From Sulfurimonadaceae bacterium (GTDB taxonomy: Bacteria > Campylobacterota > Campylobacteria > Campylobacterales > Sulfurimonadaceae), in NCBI GenBank assembly GCA_041548245.1, contig JBFESZ010000017.1:1-28650 (forward strand): DNA of 28,650 nucleotides, in the 5' to 3' direction. Position 1 is the first letter of the stretch, and each line of letters opens with the position of its first letter. Positions 1 through 9,759 of the stretch are shown piece after piece. Position numbers and translations under genes: made by a program. The notes beneath the pieces were generated by a model. It saw only the letters and a list, made by a program, of their open reading frames with translations. It searched no databases and was not told the DNA's origin.

Positions 1-213
1 AGAGAGACTCTTTGCGCGGGAATTCTGTGTAAATATTTCTCCACTCTCAAAGATAACCCATAAGGCATTGGGCAAGAACTCAATCAGGTTTTCAATGGTT
101 CCTTGTAGATGTTCATAAGAACTGCGAAGCGTCTTATATTCCTCTTCCACCTTGTAAGTCTGTTCAATAAGCATTTGAAGCTGTTCGAGGATCTCTTCAT
201 TATTTTCTGGCAT
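1..213 (-). CDS. flgS: 5' part of a cytoplasmic sensor histidine kinase, probably flagellar FlgS (runs off the left edge)
   Basis: Not in the ORF track; translated by hand from ATG at 213: MPENNEEILEQLQMLIEQTYKVEEEYKTLRSSYEHLQGTIENLIEFLPNALWVIFESGEIFTQNSRAKSLS. The LIEQTY..E.EY..L..SY..LQ.....E.LPNALW pattern matches my recollection of the FlgS N-terminus in Campylobacterota. The kinase core is outside the window. Confidence 0.7.
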   Translation of the reverse strand, partial: MPENNEEILEQLQMLIEQTYKVEEEYKTLRSSYEHLQGTIENLIEFLPNALWVIFESGEIFTQNSRAKSLS

Positions 214-352
214 AACTATCTTTTTGACTAAATATGCAGCAAGTATAACGGTTTTTTAATATTATTCAATTAAAATAAGAGACCATTTTTTACACGCACC
301 CATCAAAAAAACAAGAAGAGTGTTTTACTACTGATATTCATCTCTTATTAGG

Positions 353-358
353 TATAAT
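353..358 (+). promoter_or_regulatory. Putative sigma70 -10 box for the histidine kinase gene
   Basis: Exact TATAAT about 57 nt upstream of the TTG start, in AT-rich intergenic DNA. Confidence 0.45.
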
Positions 359-415
359 GAATAAATTTTTTGTTAAACTGTAAACATTGTTTAAAAAAAC
401 AGGAATGGAATAAGC

Positions 416-1825
416 TTGACCAAAGAACTGCTTTCATACTTTTCTAATGCTCACACCGATGAGTCAAAAATTCTACTTATCCTATTGATCACTAGCTTTT
501 TCTCAGGCGTCGTTCTTGGGAGTCTGAACTATTTCCTACACAATATGACCGATGCAAATGCCGGTCTGATCCTGTCACTCTTTAGTTCTGTGGTTGCCCT
601 ATTACTCATTCGCGAAATCATCAGTATCCCAATACTGATCAACACAACCCTTTTCTTTTCACTGGTGTTTTTTCTTACCGGATTTGTAACTACCCCAAGC
701 CACCTTGAAGGTGTTATGTTCCTAGTCATCTACCCCATTCCTGCTATTTTGCTGCGTCCATTCAAAACGGGTCTCGCTTGGGTTTTTGCATTTATTACGC
801 TTGTCATGACCGCAATTGCTCTAGAACAGACTCAATTACAACTGAGTACCTACGAAATTTTCCAGCTTCTTTTAATTCAGCTCATCATCACTTTGATACT
901 GGGCTACTACGTCTATAGCATGAAGCTCTCAAGTACCCGATTAAAACGGGAGACGCAAAAGCTCAGTAAATTGACAGAAACTCTTGAAGACAAGGTACAA
1001 GAACGAACTGCTGAACTGCAAAAATCAAAATCAGAACTGGAAGAGGCCCATTGGAAACTCGACCAATACAAAAACCGTCTTGAAAAACGCGTTCAAGAAG
1101 AGATGGAAAATGTATCTAAAAAAGACAACCTTTTAAAAGAGCAGTCCCGATTAGCCGCGATGGGAGAGATGGTTGATGCCATTGCACACCAGTGGAAACA
1201 ACCTTTAAATGCAATCTCCATGGCAGCAGACCTGATTAAAAGTGACCCTCAAGATGACTTTACCTTCAAAGCTTCCGAAGTCAACGAAATGAGTAGTATC
1301 ATCCATCATCAGATTGAACATATGACGACCACATTAAGTGAGTTTAGAAGCTTTTTCCGTCCGACTAAAGAGAGCTCTGACTTCTCTTTGGCGAGCTGTA
1401 TTGACTCGGTAAAGCTATTGCTTAAAGACGAACTGACCAAAAATCAGATTGAAATCCAGCAGCGTAAACAAGATGATGTGATTATCAATGGTTATGAGAA
1501 CGAATTCAAACACCTTATCTTAAATCTTATCAACAATGCAAAAGATGCTTTTATTGAAAACAATATCAAAAAACGTGTCATCGCTATTGGTTTCAATGAA
1601 ACAAATGAGCATATCCTGCTCCAAATTGTAGATAATGCCGGCGGTATTCCTGAAGAAATCATCAAAGACATCTTCAATCCCAATGTCACCACAAAAGGTG
1701 ATAAGGGCGGTACCGGTATCGGCCTTTATATGAGTTCTCAAATTGCGCAAAAGCATCACGGAAAACTAAGTGTTCAAAACACAAAAGACGGTGCTCGTTT
1801 TACTTTAACCCTGAGAAAAAAATAG
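416..1825 (+). CDS. Membrane-bound sensor histidine kinase (multi-TM N-terminus, coiled coil, HisKA and HATPase)
   Basis: About 6 hydrophobic segments in residues 18-167; H-box MVDAIAHQWKQPL; N-box LNLINNAKDA; G1 DNAGGIP; F-box IFNP; G2 GTGIGLYMS; TTG start preceded by AGGAATGGA. Confidence 0.93.
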   Translation: MTKELLSYFSNAHTDESKILLILLITSFFSGVVLGSLNYFLHNMTDANAGLILSLFSSVVALLLIREIISIPILINTTLFFSLVFFLTGFVTTPSHLEGVMFLVIYPIPAILLRPFKTGLAWVFAFITLVMTAIALEQTQLQLSTYEIFQLLLIQLIITLILGYYVYSMKLSSTRLKRETQKLSKLTETLEDKVQERTAELQKSKSELEEAHWKLDQYKNRLEKRVQEEMENVSKKDNLLKEQSRLAAMGEMVDAIAHQWKQPLNAISMAADLIKSDPQDDFTFKASEVNEMSSIIHHQIEHMTTTLSEFRSFFRPTKESSDFSLASCIDSVKLLLKDELTKNQIEIQQRKQDDVIINGYENEFKHLILNLINNAKDAFIENNIKKRVIAIGFNETNEHILLQIVDNAGGIPEEIIKDIFNPNVTTKGDKGGTGIGLYMSSQIAQKHHGKLSVQNTKDGARFTLTLRKK

Positions 1826-1847
1826 ATGCAATAGAAAAAAGGTCGGT

Positions 1848-2210
1848 ATGTACTACGTTATTCAAGAGCTTCATGATACTGGAGAAAAACATTTTATCTC
1901 CTATCAGGTTCCTAAATATATCCTCTCGAACAAAAATGAAAACATTATCTTTGAATTTGGTGAAAAGCCCAATATCAAAAGGAAGTGGGCGAATAAAAAT
2001 GATATTATCCTGCTGACACAGGACAAAGCTTTTTTTCTTGCTTTTGTCGACAAACTCAAATCAATGGAGAAAGCGCATCTACAAAAGATAAACCAGGCTC
2101 AAAAGGAGCTTGAAAGTCTCATTCAGCAATATCACGAAAGTATGCATGAAGAACTGGACTCATTCAAAAAACTATCTCAAAAGAACCCAAAAGTACCTTC
2201 ACTTATATAA
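1848..2210 (+). CDS. Hypothetical protein (small beta-rich N-terminus, C-terminal coiled coil)
   Basis: 120-aa ORF filling the gap between the kinase and the convergent aminopeptidase; AAAGG before the ATG; no recognisable motif. Confidence 0.7.
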   Translation: MYYVIQELHDTGEKHFISYQVPKYILSNKNENIIFEFGEKPNIKRKWANKNDIILLTQDKAFFLAFVDKLKSMEKAHLQKINQAQKELESLIQQYHESMHEELDSFKKLSQKNPKVPSLI

Positions 2211-2225
2211 ACCGGATTATTTCCT

Positions 2226-3482
2226 CTAAGAAAAATATGATTTCAACACTTGAAACAACAAATAGGCATCCTTCTCTCCTGCAAGCTCTCTAATAGAGTG
2301 CATCGCAAAGGTCGGCAACCCGACATCAATGGTCTGTACCCCTATCTTTGTCGCAGTGATTGGACCAATTGTCGAACCACATCCCATATCTGTTCTTGTC
2401 ACAAAACTTTGAAAAGGCACATTGTTCTCTTTGCACAGTAGTTTAAATCTTGATACTGTCTGCGAATTACTCGCATAACGCTGATTGGCATTGACTTTGA
2501 TTACAGGACCATGGTTTAATAAAGGACCATGATTGGCATCATGCTTGGACTCAAAGTTAGGATGTACACCATGCGCATTGTCCGCAGAGATCATCATCGA
2601 GGCATTGATCATGCGCGAATAGGTTTCATGATCAGAAGATATACGCTTCAATACCATCTCTAAGAAAGGACCCGCTGCACCTGAAGTAGATTCGCTTCCT
2701 ACCTCTTCGTGATCTGAACATATCAGTAGTGCATGTTTTCTCTTCGAGGATTGAATGATAGACTGCAACCCCACATAACAGCTAAGAAGGTTGTCCAGTC
2801 TTGCAGAAGCGAGGAACTCTCTATTGAGACCGATGAAATTTGGAAGTTGGGTATCATAAAAAAGAAGTTCAAAATCAAGCACTTCTTTCAACCCCGTCTC
2901 TTTGCATAGTATCTCTTCAAATGAAATGCTCTCGTCACTTTGCATCATGATAGGGGGAATGTCCGTTTGTGCATTGATAGAACGTTCTTTGTTGGCTTGT
3001 GCATCCAGATGTATTGCCAAGGAAGGAATAACTGCGAGAGGCCTTTTGAAGTCGACAAGAGGATGTACCAGCTCACCCTTATCGTTTAAACCGCTGACAC
3101 GTCCTGCTAAAGAAAGGTCCCTGTCAAACCAGGGGTTCAAAAGCACGCCGCCGTATACTTCCACACCTAATTGGATATAGCCTTTTTTATGTATGATGGT
3201 ATTCGGCTTTAGTTTCAGACATGGACTATCGGTATGTGCTCCGACCATATTGATTCCGGTACTTCCGATATCTGTATCCGCATAAACAAAGGCGATCAAC
3301 GAAGAATCATTACGTGTCACATAATATTGCTTTCCCTTTTTAAGTTCCCATCTGTTCGCCTCATCAAGTCGGACAAAGCCTGCCACGTCCAATCGTTTTG
3401 ACAACTCTTTCGTCGCATGAAAAGGCGTTGATGCTTCTGCTAAAAAGTTTAATAGTTCACTGTTGAAATCACTCTGTTGCAT
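2226..3482 (-). CDS. apeB: M18 family (aspartyl-type) aminopeptidase
   Basis: Motifs GAHTDSP, WFDRDLSLAGRV, RLDNLLSC, DHEEVGS, SADNAHGVHPN, GCGSTIGP and AMHSIRE. Start moved to ATG 3482 (MQQSDFN) because the ORF-track start lies well inside the upstream ankyrin gene. Confidence 0.9.
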   Translation of the reverse strand: MQQSDFNSELLNFLAEASTPFHATKELSKRLDVAGFVRLDEANRWELKKGKQYYVTRNDSSLIAFVYADTDIGSTGINMVGAHTDSPCLKLKPNTIIHKKGYIQLGVEVYGGVLLNPWFDRDLSLAGRVSGLNDKGELVHPLVDFKRPLAVIPSLAIHLDAQANKERSINAQTDIPPIMMQSDESISFEEILCKETGLKEVLDFELLFYDTQLPNFIGLNREFLASARLDNLLSCYVGLQSIIQSSKRKHALLICSDHEEVGSESTSGAAGPFLEMVLKRISSDHETYSRMINASMMISADNAHGVHPNFESKHDANHGPLLNHGPVIKVNANQRYASNSQTVSRFKLLCKENNVPFQSFVTRTDMGCGSTIGPITATKIGVQTIDVGLPTFAMHSIRELAGEKDAYLLFQVLKSYFS

Positions 3483-4080
3483 TGTTTTCCTGTAATAATT
3501 TAATAATTTCTTTATCTCCGGAAAGTCGGGCATAGTTCAACGCACTTCTGCCGTCATGATCCAAGATGTTTTTGTCAATACCAAGTTCAAGCGCAAGTTT
3601 AACAACATCTAATTGTCTAAACTCAGATGCGATGTGTAAAACTGTCTTGCCATCCTCATTGGTCATATTGACATTCTCTGATTTAAGCAACTTGCGCAGT
3701 GCATCTATATCTCCTTCTAATACCATTGTCAAGAGATCATCCTTCTGAAATTCCGGTATCTTTTTATTGACTTCCTTACTAAGATAGATGACCACCCTGA
3801 CACGATTTTTTTCAATGGCATACACCAACGGTGTCTTATGCATTTTGTCTTTAACGTGAGGATGTGCACCATGTTTGAGCAGGAACTCTACAATACTCAA
3901 TCTTCCTATATCTGCGGCTATATGAAGCGGCGTACGGCCTTTATCGTCGACAGCATTGACCTCTGCACCCGCTTTGACCAATCTACGTATCTCCGGTTCA
4001 TTGATATCTTCGACGGCCTTATGCAGAGGTGATGCACACAGAGACAATGAGAAAAGAAGCAAGAAAAAAAAAGTTTTCAT
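3469..4080 (-). CDS. Secreted/periplasmic ankyrin-repeat protein
   Basis: Signal peptide MKTFFFLLLFSLSLCA; ankyrin repeats SPLHKAV, GRTPLHIAA, KTPLVYAI, GKTVLHIAS and GRSALNYA; alternative start at 4089. Confidence 0.9.
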   Translation of the reverse strand: MKTFFFLLLFSLSLCASPLHKAVEDINEPEIRRLVKAGAEVNAVDDKGRTPLHIAADIGRLSIVEFLLKHGAHPHVKDKMHKTPLVYAIEKNRVRVVIYLSKEVNKKIPEFQKDDLLTMVLEGDIDALRKLLKSENVNMTNEDGKTVLHIASEFRQLDVVKLALELGIDKNILDHDGRSALNYARLSGDKEIIKLLQENNATE

Positions 4081-4105
4081 AACATTCATTATATCCTAGG
4101 AATAT

Positions 4106-4591
4106 TTACTTTTTATTTCTCAGTGCTTCCAGATAAAGACCCTTGATTCGTTTGTCATAAAGCAACTCGCTATAATCAATTCGTTCATCATCTTTGTAAA
4201 CCCCCCATTTGTCACATATCCATCCTTGATTTGAAGCACATGAGACACCGCTGAAACTCACTTCTTCTTCCATCAAAAACTTTTTCAGTGCAAGCTGTAA
4301 TCTAACGATCTCTTGCATCATATTTTTTACATTTTTTTCACTATAAAAAGAGCGAGGCTTAAAACCGACAAAGAACAGAAGATTGAATCCGACAATAATG
4401 TACAGCATCTGTATAACAGAGGCCTGATACGTAAAGAAGAGAACAAAAGAGATAGATAAAGACAAGACAAACAGCATCATCTGTAACTGTCTAAACTTTT
4501 TGCTTTTTTGCTCCTGTTCCTTGAACCTTTGTTCCAAAAGCTCATTTAATCGTGCTAAGGCTGCTATGATTATCTCAGGCGACATCGACAT
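4106..4591 (-). CDS. Hypothetical membrane protein with 2 TM helices
   Basis: 161-aa ORF overlapping the dnaE stop; two hydrophobic stretches (MMLFVLSLSISFVLFFTY; MLYIIVGFNLLFFVGF). Confidence 0.7.
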   Translation of the reverse strand: MSMSPEIIIAALARLNELLEQRFKEQEQKSKKFRQLQMMLFVLSLSISFVLFFTYQASVIQMLYIIVGFNLLFFVGFKPRSFYSEKNVKNMMQEIVRLQLALKKFLMEEEVSFSGVSCASNQGWICDKWGVYKDDERIDYSELLYDKRIKGLYLEALRNKK

Positions 4592-7500
4592 CCATAAGCT
4601 TTTGGATTTCCGGAATCACCTTATTATCGACCCGAATGGCTGAATCTAGGACAATATTTTGAAGCTTCGAGGTGATACACAGTTTCATCTGACGTGTCCC
4701 CGGATTTTGGCGTATCAAGCGGTATAACTCTTCCAACTGGGAAAGATTTCGTGAAAGACGCACTGTTATTATCAATGGTTCCTGAGGTTTTTCAACAATC
4801 TTTGTTTGGACTTTCTTCGCCTCTTTTTTCACTTCCTTCAAGGTGAATATTTTCACTACAGAAATACGTGTAAACATCTCGGTATGAGTCACTTTGACCT
4901 TGAAAGCAACGGGTTCGTTGAGATCCATCTCTTCCAACTGCTCAAGCTTGTCGGCAAAAAGCATCATCTCAATATTGCCGTGAAAGTCCATCAAGTTCAA
5001 GATACCGAACTGGTTCCCTTTTTTGGACATTTTCTTCTGTATCTCTTCGACTTTCCCTATAAAAATCGCTGTTGAGCCGTCTGCGATATTCTCGATATCC
5101 GAAGAAAGTGTATATTTGATCTGGTCGATCTCTTCACGATAACTATCCAGAGGATGGCCCGATACATAAAAGCCCAGCGTATCTTTTTCAAACTCGAGAA
5201 TCTGTTTTAAGTCAAACTCTGGTGCATTGTTTAACTGCAAATCGACTTCAGTTATCTCAGCATCATCGCCAAAAAGACTGCCAGCTGCATTTTTTCTGGC
5301 ACTTGATGCATCTTTTGCGGTCTGGACAATCGTCTCCATCTGCTCAAGTAGGGCTCTACGCGAATATTCGAAACGATCAAATCCACCGGATTTTGTCACA
5401 GACTCCAATACCCGTTTATTAACCTTTGATGGTTCAATCCTGTTGACAAAATCTTTCATATTCTCAAAAGGTCTTTCATCACGAACTTCAAGAATGGATT
5501 CAACAGCCGACTCACCGACACCTTTGATAGCACCCAGACCGAACAGGATGATGTCCTGTCCATCTTTTTTTGTCGCCGAAAACTCCAACTGTGAGTCATT
5601 AATATCCGGCGGTGCAAGTTCGATCCCCATACGTTTGACTTCATCAATATATTTAACGACTTTCTCTGTATTATCCTTCTCACTTGTCAAAAGGGAAGCC
5701 ATAAACTCCTGCGGATAATAGGTCTTCAGCCATGCTGTCTGAAACGTGACCATGGCATAAGCTGCTGAGTGGGATTTGTTAAAACCGTACCCCGCAAACT
5801 TTTCAATCAAGTCGAACAACTCTGAAGCCGTTTTGTAATCATACCCCTGCTTCTGCGCTCCTTCAGAGAACTCGGCATTATAGACTGCCATATCCTTCTT
5901 CTTACCCATCGCACGACGAATAATATCTGAATATCCAAGCGAGAAGCCCCCGATCGTCTGAACGATCTGCATAACCTGTTCCTGATAGACGATGACCCCA
6001 TAGGTGTTCTCCAGGATCGGTTTCATGGCATCAAAAGTATATTCGATCGCCTCGCGCCCGTGTTTACGTTCAATAAAACTGTCGAGCATTCCTGACTCCA
6101 TTGGTCCAGGTCGGTACAGGGCCAGAACCGCAATCAGGTCCTCAAAGCTGTCAGGCTTAAGACGCTTATTCAGATCCTGCATTCCCGACGATTCGATCTG
6201 AAACATTCCGATCGTATTTCCACTTCGGATGACATCATAAACCTTCGGATCATTTTCATTAATCTCGTTCCAGTTGACATCTACATCATAACGCTGCTTA
6301 ATCAATTTTATCGCACCGTCGATCACATCCAGCGTCTTTAGACCAAGGAAGTCAAACTTGATCAGATCGACATCTTCAAGATAGTTCAACGAGTACTGTG
6401 TCACAAAGGTGTTCTCACCTGATGGTTTATAGATCGGTGTTTTTTTCCATAGTTCTTCATTTGAGATTACAACACCGGCTGCATGCATTCCTGCATTACG
6501 CTTCAAGCCTTCAAGACGCTTGGAAAACTCCCAGACCCGTTCTGCAGAAGGGTCTGTCTCAATAAGTTCTTTAATCTTCGGCTCTTTTTGAAAAGCACCC
6601 GGAACTAGTTCTCCCTTTTTCAGCTTTCCGTTTAAGGTAATACCCAACTCGTCAGGAATAAGCTTGGCCATCTTGTCCGCTTGTGACAATGGCATGTCAA
6701 GAACTCGGGCAACATCACGGATAACCCCCTTAGCCAGCAATGAACCGAATGTAATGATCTGCGCGACCTGATTACGTCCATATTTCTCAACCACATAATC
6801 AATTACTTCTCCACGGCGTGCTTGCATAAAGTCCATATCGATATCGGGCATCGATACACGTTCAGGATTCAAAAATCTTTCAAAAAGAAGCTCATACTTC
6901 ATTGGATCGATATCGGTGATCTCCAGAGCATAGGCAACTAGTGAACCTGCTGCCGAACCACGTCCTGGACCAACTGCGACACCCATCTCTTTAGCTACTT
7001 TGACAAAATCCCATACGATAAGCATATATCCAGGGAATTTCATAGAGTTGATGACATCCATCTCGAAAACAAGACGCTCTCTATATTCATCGTGACGCTC
7101 TTTGGGAACATGTATGAGACGGTTTTTCAATCCCTCTTCACAACGGTAAATGAAGTATTCTGCATCATTCTTGTCGGCGGCACTCTTCCATCTCTTTTTC
7201 TCTTCCGAACTCGCCTCTTGGGCCAAAGGTGCATCGTCAATATGATCGATACTGAGACCTTCTTTCTGAGCATATTCACGAGTAAACTTGAAATTAGGTG
7301 GAATCGGATCTCCCAACTTCAACTCTAACTGGCATTTATCAACGATCTCCTGAGTATGAGTAATAGCCTCTGGAATGTCGGCAAAAAGCCTAGCCATCTG
7401 TTCAGGTGACTTAAGATAGAACTCATGTACTGAATGACGCATACGGTTAGGATCATCATAGAGTTTATTCATTCCAATACACATAAAGGCCTCATGATAC

Positions 7501-8174
7501 TGTGCATCATCCGGATAGGTATAGTGCGTATCATTGGTTGCTACAATCTTAATACCCGTCTCCTGAGCCAACTGAATGATCTGCTCGTCAATATACAACT
7601 GGTCACCAATGCCATGACGCATGATTTCCAAATAGAAATCATCGCCAAATATCTCCTTATACTCCAAGGCCACTGCTTTAGCCCCTTCATATCCACCGGC
7701 ACCGTTTTTGACATTTCTCTCATTCGCAAGGTTGAGATGCCAGTTCACCTCTCCCTGCAAACAGGCAGATGTACAGATAATACCTTCGGAATGTTCTCTT
7801 AGTTCTTGTTTATTGATACGCGGGAAATAATAAAACCCCTCAATATAAGCCTTTGAAGAGAGGTACATAAGATTTTCATACCCTTTCTGGTTCTTTGCGA
7901 AGAGACAGACATGAAAGCGCTGTTTCGTACTTCTGTCATCTAGACTATCCCCATTATGAATATAACCTTCCATCCCTATAACAGGCTTGATGCCAGCTTC
8001 TGTCATCTGTTTGTAAAAGTCAATAGCCCCAAACATATTTCCATGGTCTGTCATTGCCACAGAAGTCATGCCTAGCTTTTTTACTTCTTCAACAAGATTG
8101 GTGATTTTATTAGCACCGTCAAGTAAAGAATATTCCGTATGAAGATGCAGATGGGTGAATTGTTGAACTGACAT
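4575..8174 (-). CDS. dnaE: DNA polymerase III alpha subunit
   Basis: PHP motifs HLHLHTEYSLLDG, TDHGNMFG and NDTHY; GPGRGSAAGSLVAY; catalytic SMPDIDMDF; KFDFLGL; FAGYGFNKSH; C-terminal OB fold. Start chosen at MSVQQF (8174), since the ORF-track extension covers a TATAAT box. Confidence 0.98.
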   Translation of the reverse strand: MSVQQFTHLHLHTEYSLLDGANKITNLVEEVKKLGMTSVAMTDHGNMFGAIDFYKQMTEAGIKPVIGMEGYIHNGDSLDDRSTKQRFHVCLFAKNQKGYENLMYLSSKAYIEGFYYFPRINKQELREHSEGIICTSACLQGEVNWHLNLANERNVKNGAGGYEGAKAVALEYKEIFGDDFYLEIMRHGIGDQLYIDEQIIQLAQETGIKIVATNDTHYTYPDDAQYHEAFMCIGMNKLYDDPNRMRHSVHEFYLKSPEQMARLFADIPEAITHTQEIVDKCQLELKLGDPIPPNFKFTREYAQKEGLSIDHIDDAPLAQEASSEEKKRWKSAADKNDAEYFIYRCEEGLKNRLIHVPKERHDEYRERLVFEMDVINSMKFPGYMLIVWDFVKVAKEMGVAVGPGRGSAAGSLVAYALEITDIDPMKYELLFERFLNPERVSMPDIDMDFMQARRGEVIDYVVEKYGRNQVAQIITFGSLLAKGVIRDVARVLDMPLSQADKMAKLIPDELGITLNGKLKKGELVPGAFQKEPKIKELIETDPSAERVWEFSKRLEGLKRNAGMHAAGVVISNEELWKKTPIYKPSGENTFVTQYSLNYLEDVDLIKFDFLGLKTLDVIDGAIKLIKQRYDVDVNWNEINENDPKVYDVIRSGNTIGMFQIESSGMQDLNKRLKPDSFEDLIAVLALYRPGPMESGMLDSFIERKHGREAIEYTFDAMKPILENTYGVIVYQEQVMQIVQTIGGFSLGYSDIIRRAMGKKKDMAVYNAEFSEGAQKQGYDYKTASELFDLIEKFAGYGFNKSHSAAYAMVTFQTAWLKTYYPQEFMASLLTSEKDNTEKVVKYIDEVKRMGIELAPPDINDSQLEFSATKKDGQDIILFGLGAIKGVGESAVESILEVRDERPFENMKDFVNRIEPSKVNKRVLESVTKSGGFDRFEYSRRALLEQMETIVQTAKDASSARKNAAGSLFGDDAEITEVDLQLNNAPEFDLKQILEFEKDTLGFYVSGHPLDSYREEIDQIKYTLSSDIENIADGSTAIFIGKVEEIQKKMSKKGNQFGILNLMDFHGNIEMMLFADKLEQLEEMDLNEPVAFKVKVTHTEMFTRISVVKIFTLKEVKKEAKKVQTKIVEKPQEPLIITVRLSRNLSQLEELYRLIRQNPGTRQMKLCITSKLQNIVLDSAIRVDNKVIPEIQKLMDVDVA

Positions 8175-8199
8175 AAAGACTTCTTGATTTTTTTCTTTA

Positions 8200-8205
8200 A
8201 TTATA
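8200..8205 (-). promoter_or_regulatory. Putative -10 box for dnaE
   Basis: Minus-strand TATAAT 25 nt upstream of ATG 8174. Confidence 0.45.
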
Positions 8206-8221
8206 GTCAACTAGTATGAGG

Positions 8222-8256
8222 AAAAGATAAAAAATCATAAATATTTTTCATCTTTT
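8222..8256 (-). terminator. AT-rich hairpin after the DJ-1 gene
   Basis: Minus strand AAAAGATGAAAAAT-N7-ATTTTTTATCTTTT, 14 bp with one G-U pair, 17 nt after the stop; weak stem. Confidence 0.3.
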
Positions 8257-8273
8257 TCAGAAGATTTTTTCGC

Positions 8274-8825
8274 TTAGCAATGATCCGCAAGCATATCTGA
8301 TCGAATGCCCTTGGCAACCTCCGAGCCTTCAAGCTTTTCAACGATTGCAAGGCCAAAACACAGTGCTGTTCCCGGACCTCTTGAAGTCATGACTTTATCA
8401 TCTATGACTATATTTTCATCATGGATATAGCCATCGAGCCGTATGTTCTCTTCAACCGAAGGATAACAGGTAAACTTTTGACTCAAAACACCTGCCTGCT
8501 CAAGCGCAAAAGGAGCGGCACATATCGCCCCGATCATTTTTCCTGAATCTTGCATCTCTTTTAACAAAGATTGTACATCCAAATTGTTAGCAAGGATGTT
8601 GGTTCCACCCCATCCTCCGGGAAGCACGATCATATCCAAATCATCACTGCTGACCTGTGAGACCAAACATTCAGTCTCGATCTTGATATGGTGTGCACCG
8701 GCAACGGATTTGGCACCTACACCTGCAACGACAACTTCAATCTTTGCCCGACGTAATACATCTATCAGACTGACAGCTTCAAGCTCTTCAAAACCTTCTG
8801 CAAGTGGGATTAAAACTTTAGACAT
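8274..8825 (-). CDS. DJ-1/PfpI (YajL/ThiJ-type) family protein
   Basis: GFEELEA, DVLRRA, VLPGG, nucleophile elbow GAICAAP, TCYPS, TSRGPGTA; AAGGAG SD before ATG 8825. Confidence 0.93.
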   Translation of the reverse strand: MSKVLIPLAEGFEELEAVSLIDVLRRAKIEVVVAGVGAKSVAGAHHIKIETECLVSQVSSDDLDMIVLPGGWGGTNILANNLDVQSLLKEMQDSGKMIGAICAAPFALEQAGVLSQKFTCYPSVEENIRLDGYIHDENIVIDDKVMTSRGPGTALCFGLAIVEKLEGSEVAKGIRSDMLADHC

Positions 8826-8990
8826 AATATCTCCTTTTATGCTATCGATCATTACACCTTGTACAACGGTGCTAAGTAGAGTTCTTGGATAATTGTAACT
8901 TAAAAAAGAAAGATATCAATAAAATGCTGAGACAATTTCATTTAAGAAAAGTGTTTGTATAAAGGGGCCGCATTATATGCTCTAGACGAG

Positions 8991-9019
8991 GAAACGAAAA
9001 TCATGTTGATTCTCGTTTC
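8991..9019 (-). terminator. 3' hairpin of efp (terminator or stabiliser; lacks a U-tract)
   Basis: Minus strand GAAACGAGAATCA-ACA-TGATTTTCGTTTC, 13 bp with one G-U pair, 6 nt after the efp stop. Confidence 0.5.
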
Positions 9020-9025
9020 AGAAGT

Positions 9026-9592
9026 TTATTTTACTTTTTCCAGATACTCACCGTCAACTGTATTGACCTTGATGATATCTCCTGTTAAGATATGATATGG
9101 AACTTGGACAACGGCACCCGTTTCCAAGGTCGCCGGTTTTTTTGAACCGCTAGTTGTATCACCTTTATCCTTTGGACCTGTCTCAGTCACTTCAAGCTCC
9201 ATTGTTGCAGGTGCTTCAACCCCGATCGCATTTCCATTATGAAAACTGATATCAACATTGATACCGTCTTTAAACCATTTGCTTGCATCATCACACTGTT
9301 CATATGAAAGACCCAACTGATCATAAGTCTCATTGTCCATGAACTGATACATTTCACCATCATCATAAAGGAACTGCATCGTTTTTTGTTGCATATTCGG
9401 AACTTCAAACTTGTCTCCAGCATGGACTGTCTTTTCAACCACTTTACCATTTAAAAAGCTTTTGATCTTACAGCGTACAAAAGCCGCGCCTTTTCCCGGT
9501 TTTACGTGTTGAAATTCTACGACTTTATACGGAACACCCGAAATCTCGAGACGTACACCCTTTTTAATATCACCCATGCCAATAGTTGCCAT
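9026..9592 (-). CDS. efp: Elongation factor P
   Basis: [12 protein letters not shown] loop, [33 protein letters not shown]. Confidence 0.98.
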   Translation of the reverse strand: MATIGMGDIKKGVRLEISGVPYKVVEFQHVKPGKGAAFVRCKIKSFLNGKVVEKTVHAGDKFEVPNMQQKTMQFLYDDGEMYQFMDNETYDQLGLSYEQCDDASKWFKDGINVDISFHNGNAIGVEAPATMELEVTETGPKDKGDTTSGSKKPATLETGAVVQVPYHILTGDIIKVNTVDGEYLEKVK

Positions 9593-9744
9593 TTGCTATC
9601 CTGTTAAATTAAATATTATTTTGAAATTTTATCCAAATTGTAATAAATCACAAAGCTTTTGCCGCAAGAGTACAACTACGAACAGATAAAATATGAATCA
9701 TTTTCCTTAAAACACTCAAAAAAGTTTTTAATCTTTAAAAATAA

Positions 9745-9753
9745 TGCTAGAAT
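9745..9753 (+). promoter_or_regulatory. Extended -10 promoter (TGnTAGAAT) 6 nt before the lapG ATG
   Basis: TGCTAGAAT-AAAAGC-ATG; no SD sequence. Confidence 0.5.
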
Positions 9754-9759
9754 AAAAGC

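Noticed and set aside
371-395. TGTTAAAC/TGTAAAC repeats and TAAACA-T-TGTTTA palindrome upstream of the kinase
   Set aside because: Short, AT-rich and not assignable to a regulator; could be chance.
4064-4072. A9 (T9 on the coding strand) tract in the ankyrin signal peptide as a phase-variation switch
   Set aside because: It encodes ordinary Phe codons, the gene is in frame, and short A/T runs are common here; phase variation in this group typically uses poly-G/C.
4575-8174. Possible intein in dnaE
   Set aside because: Normal length of about 1200 aa; no intein splice-junction or LAGLIDADG motifs.
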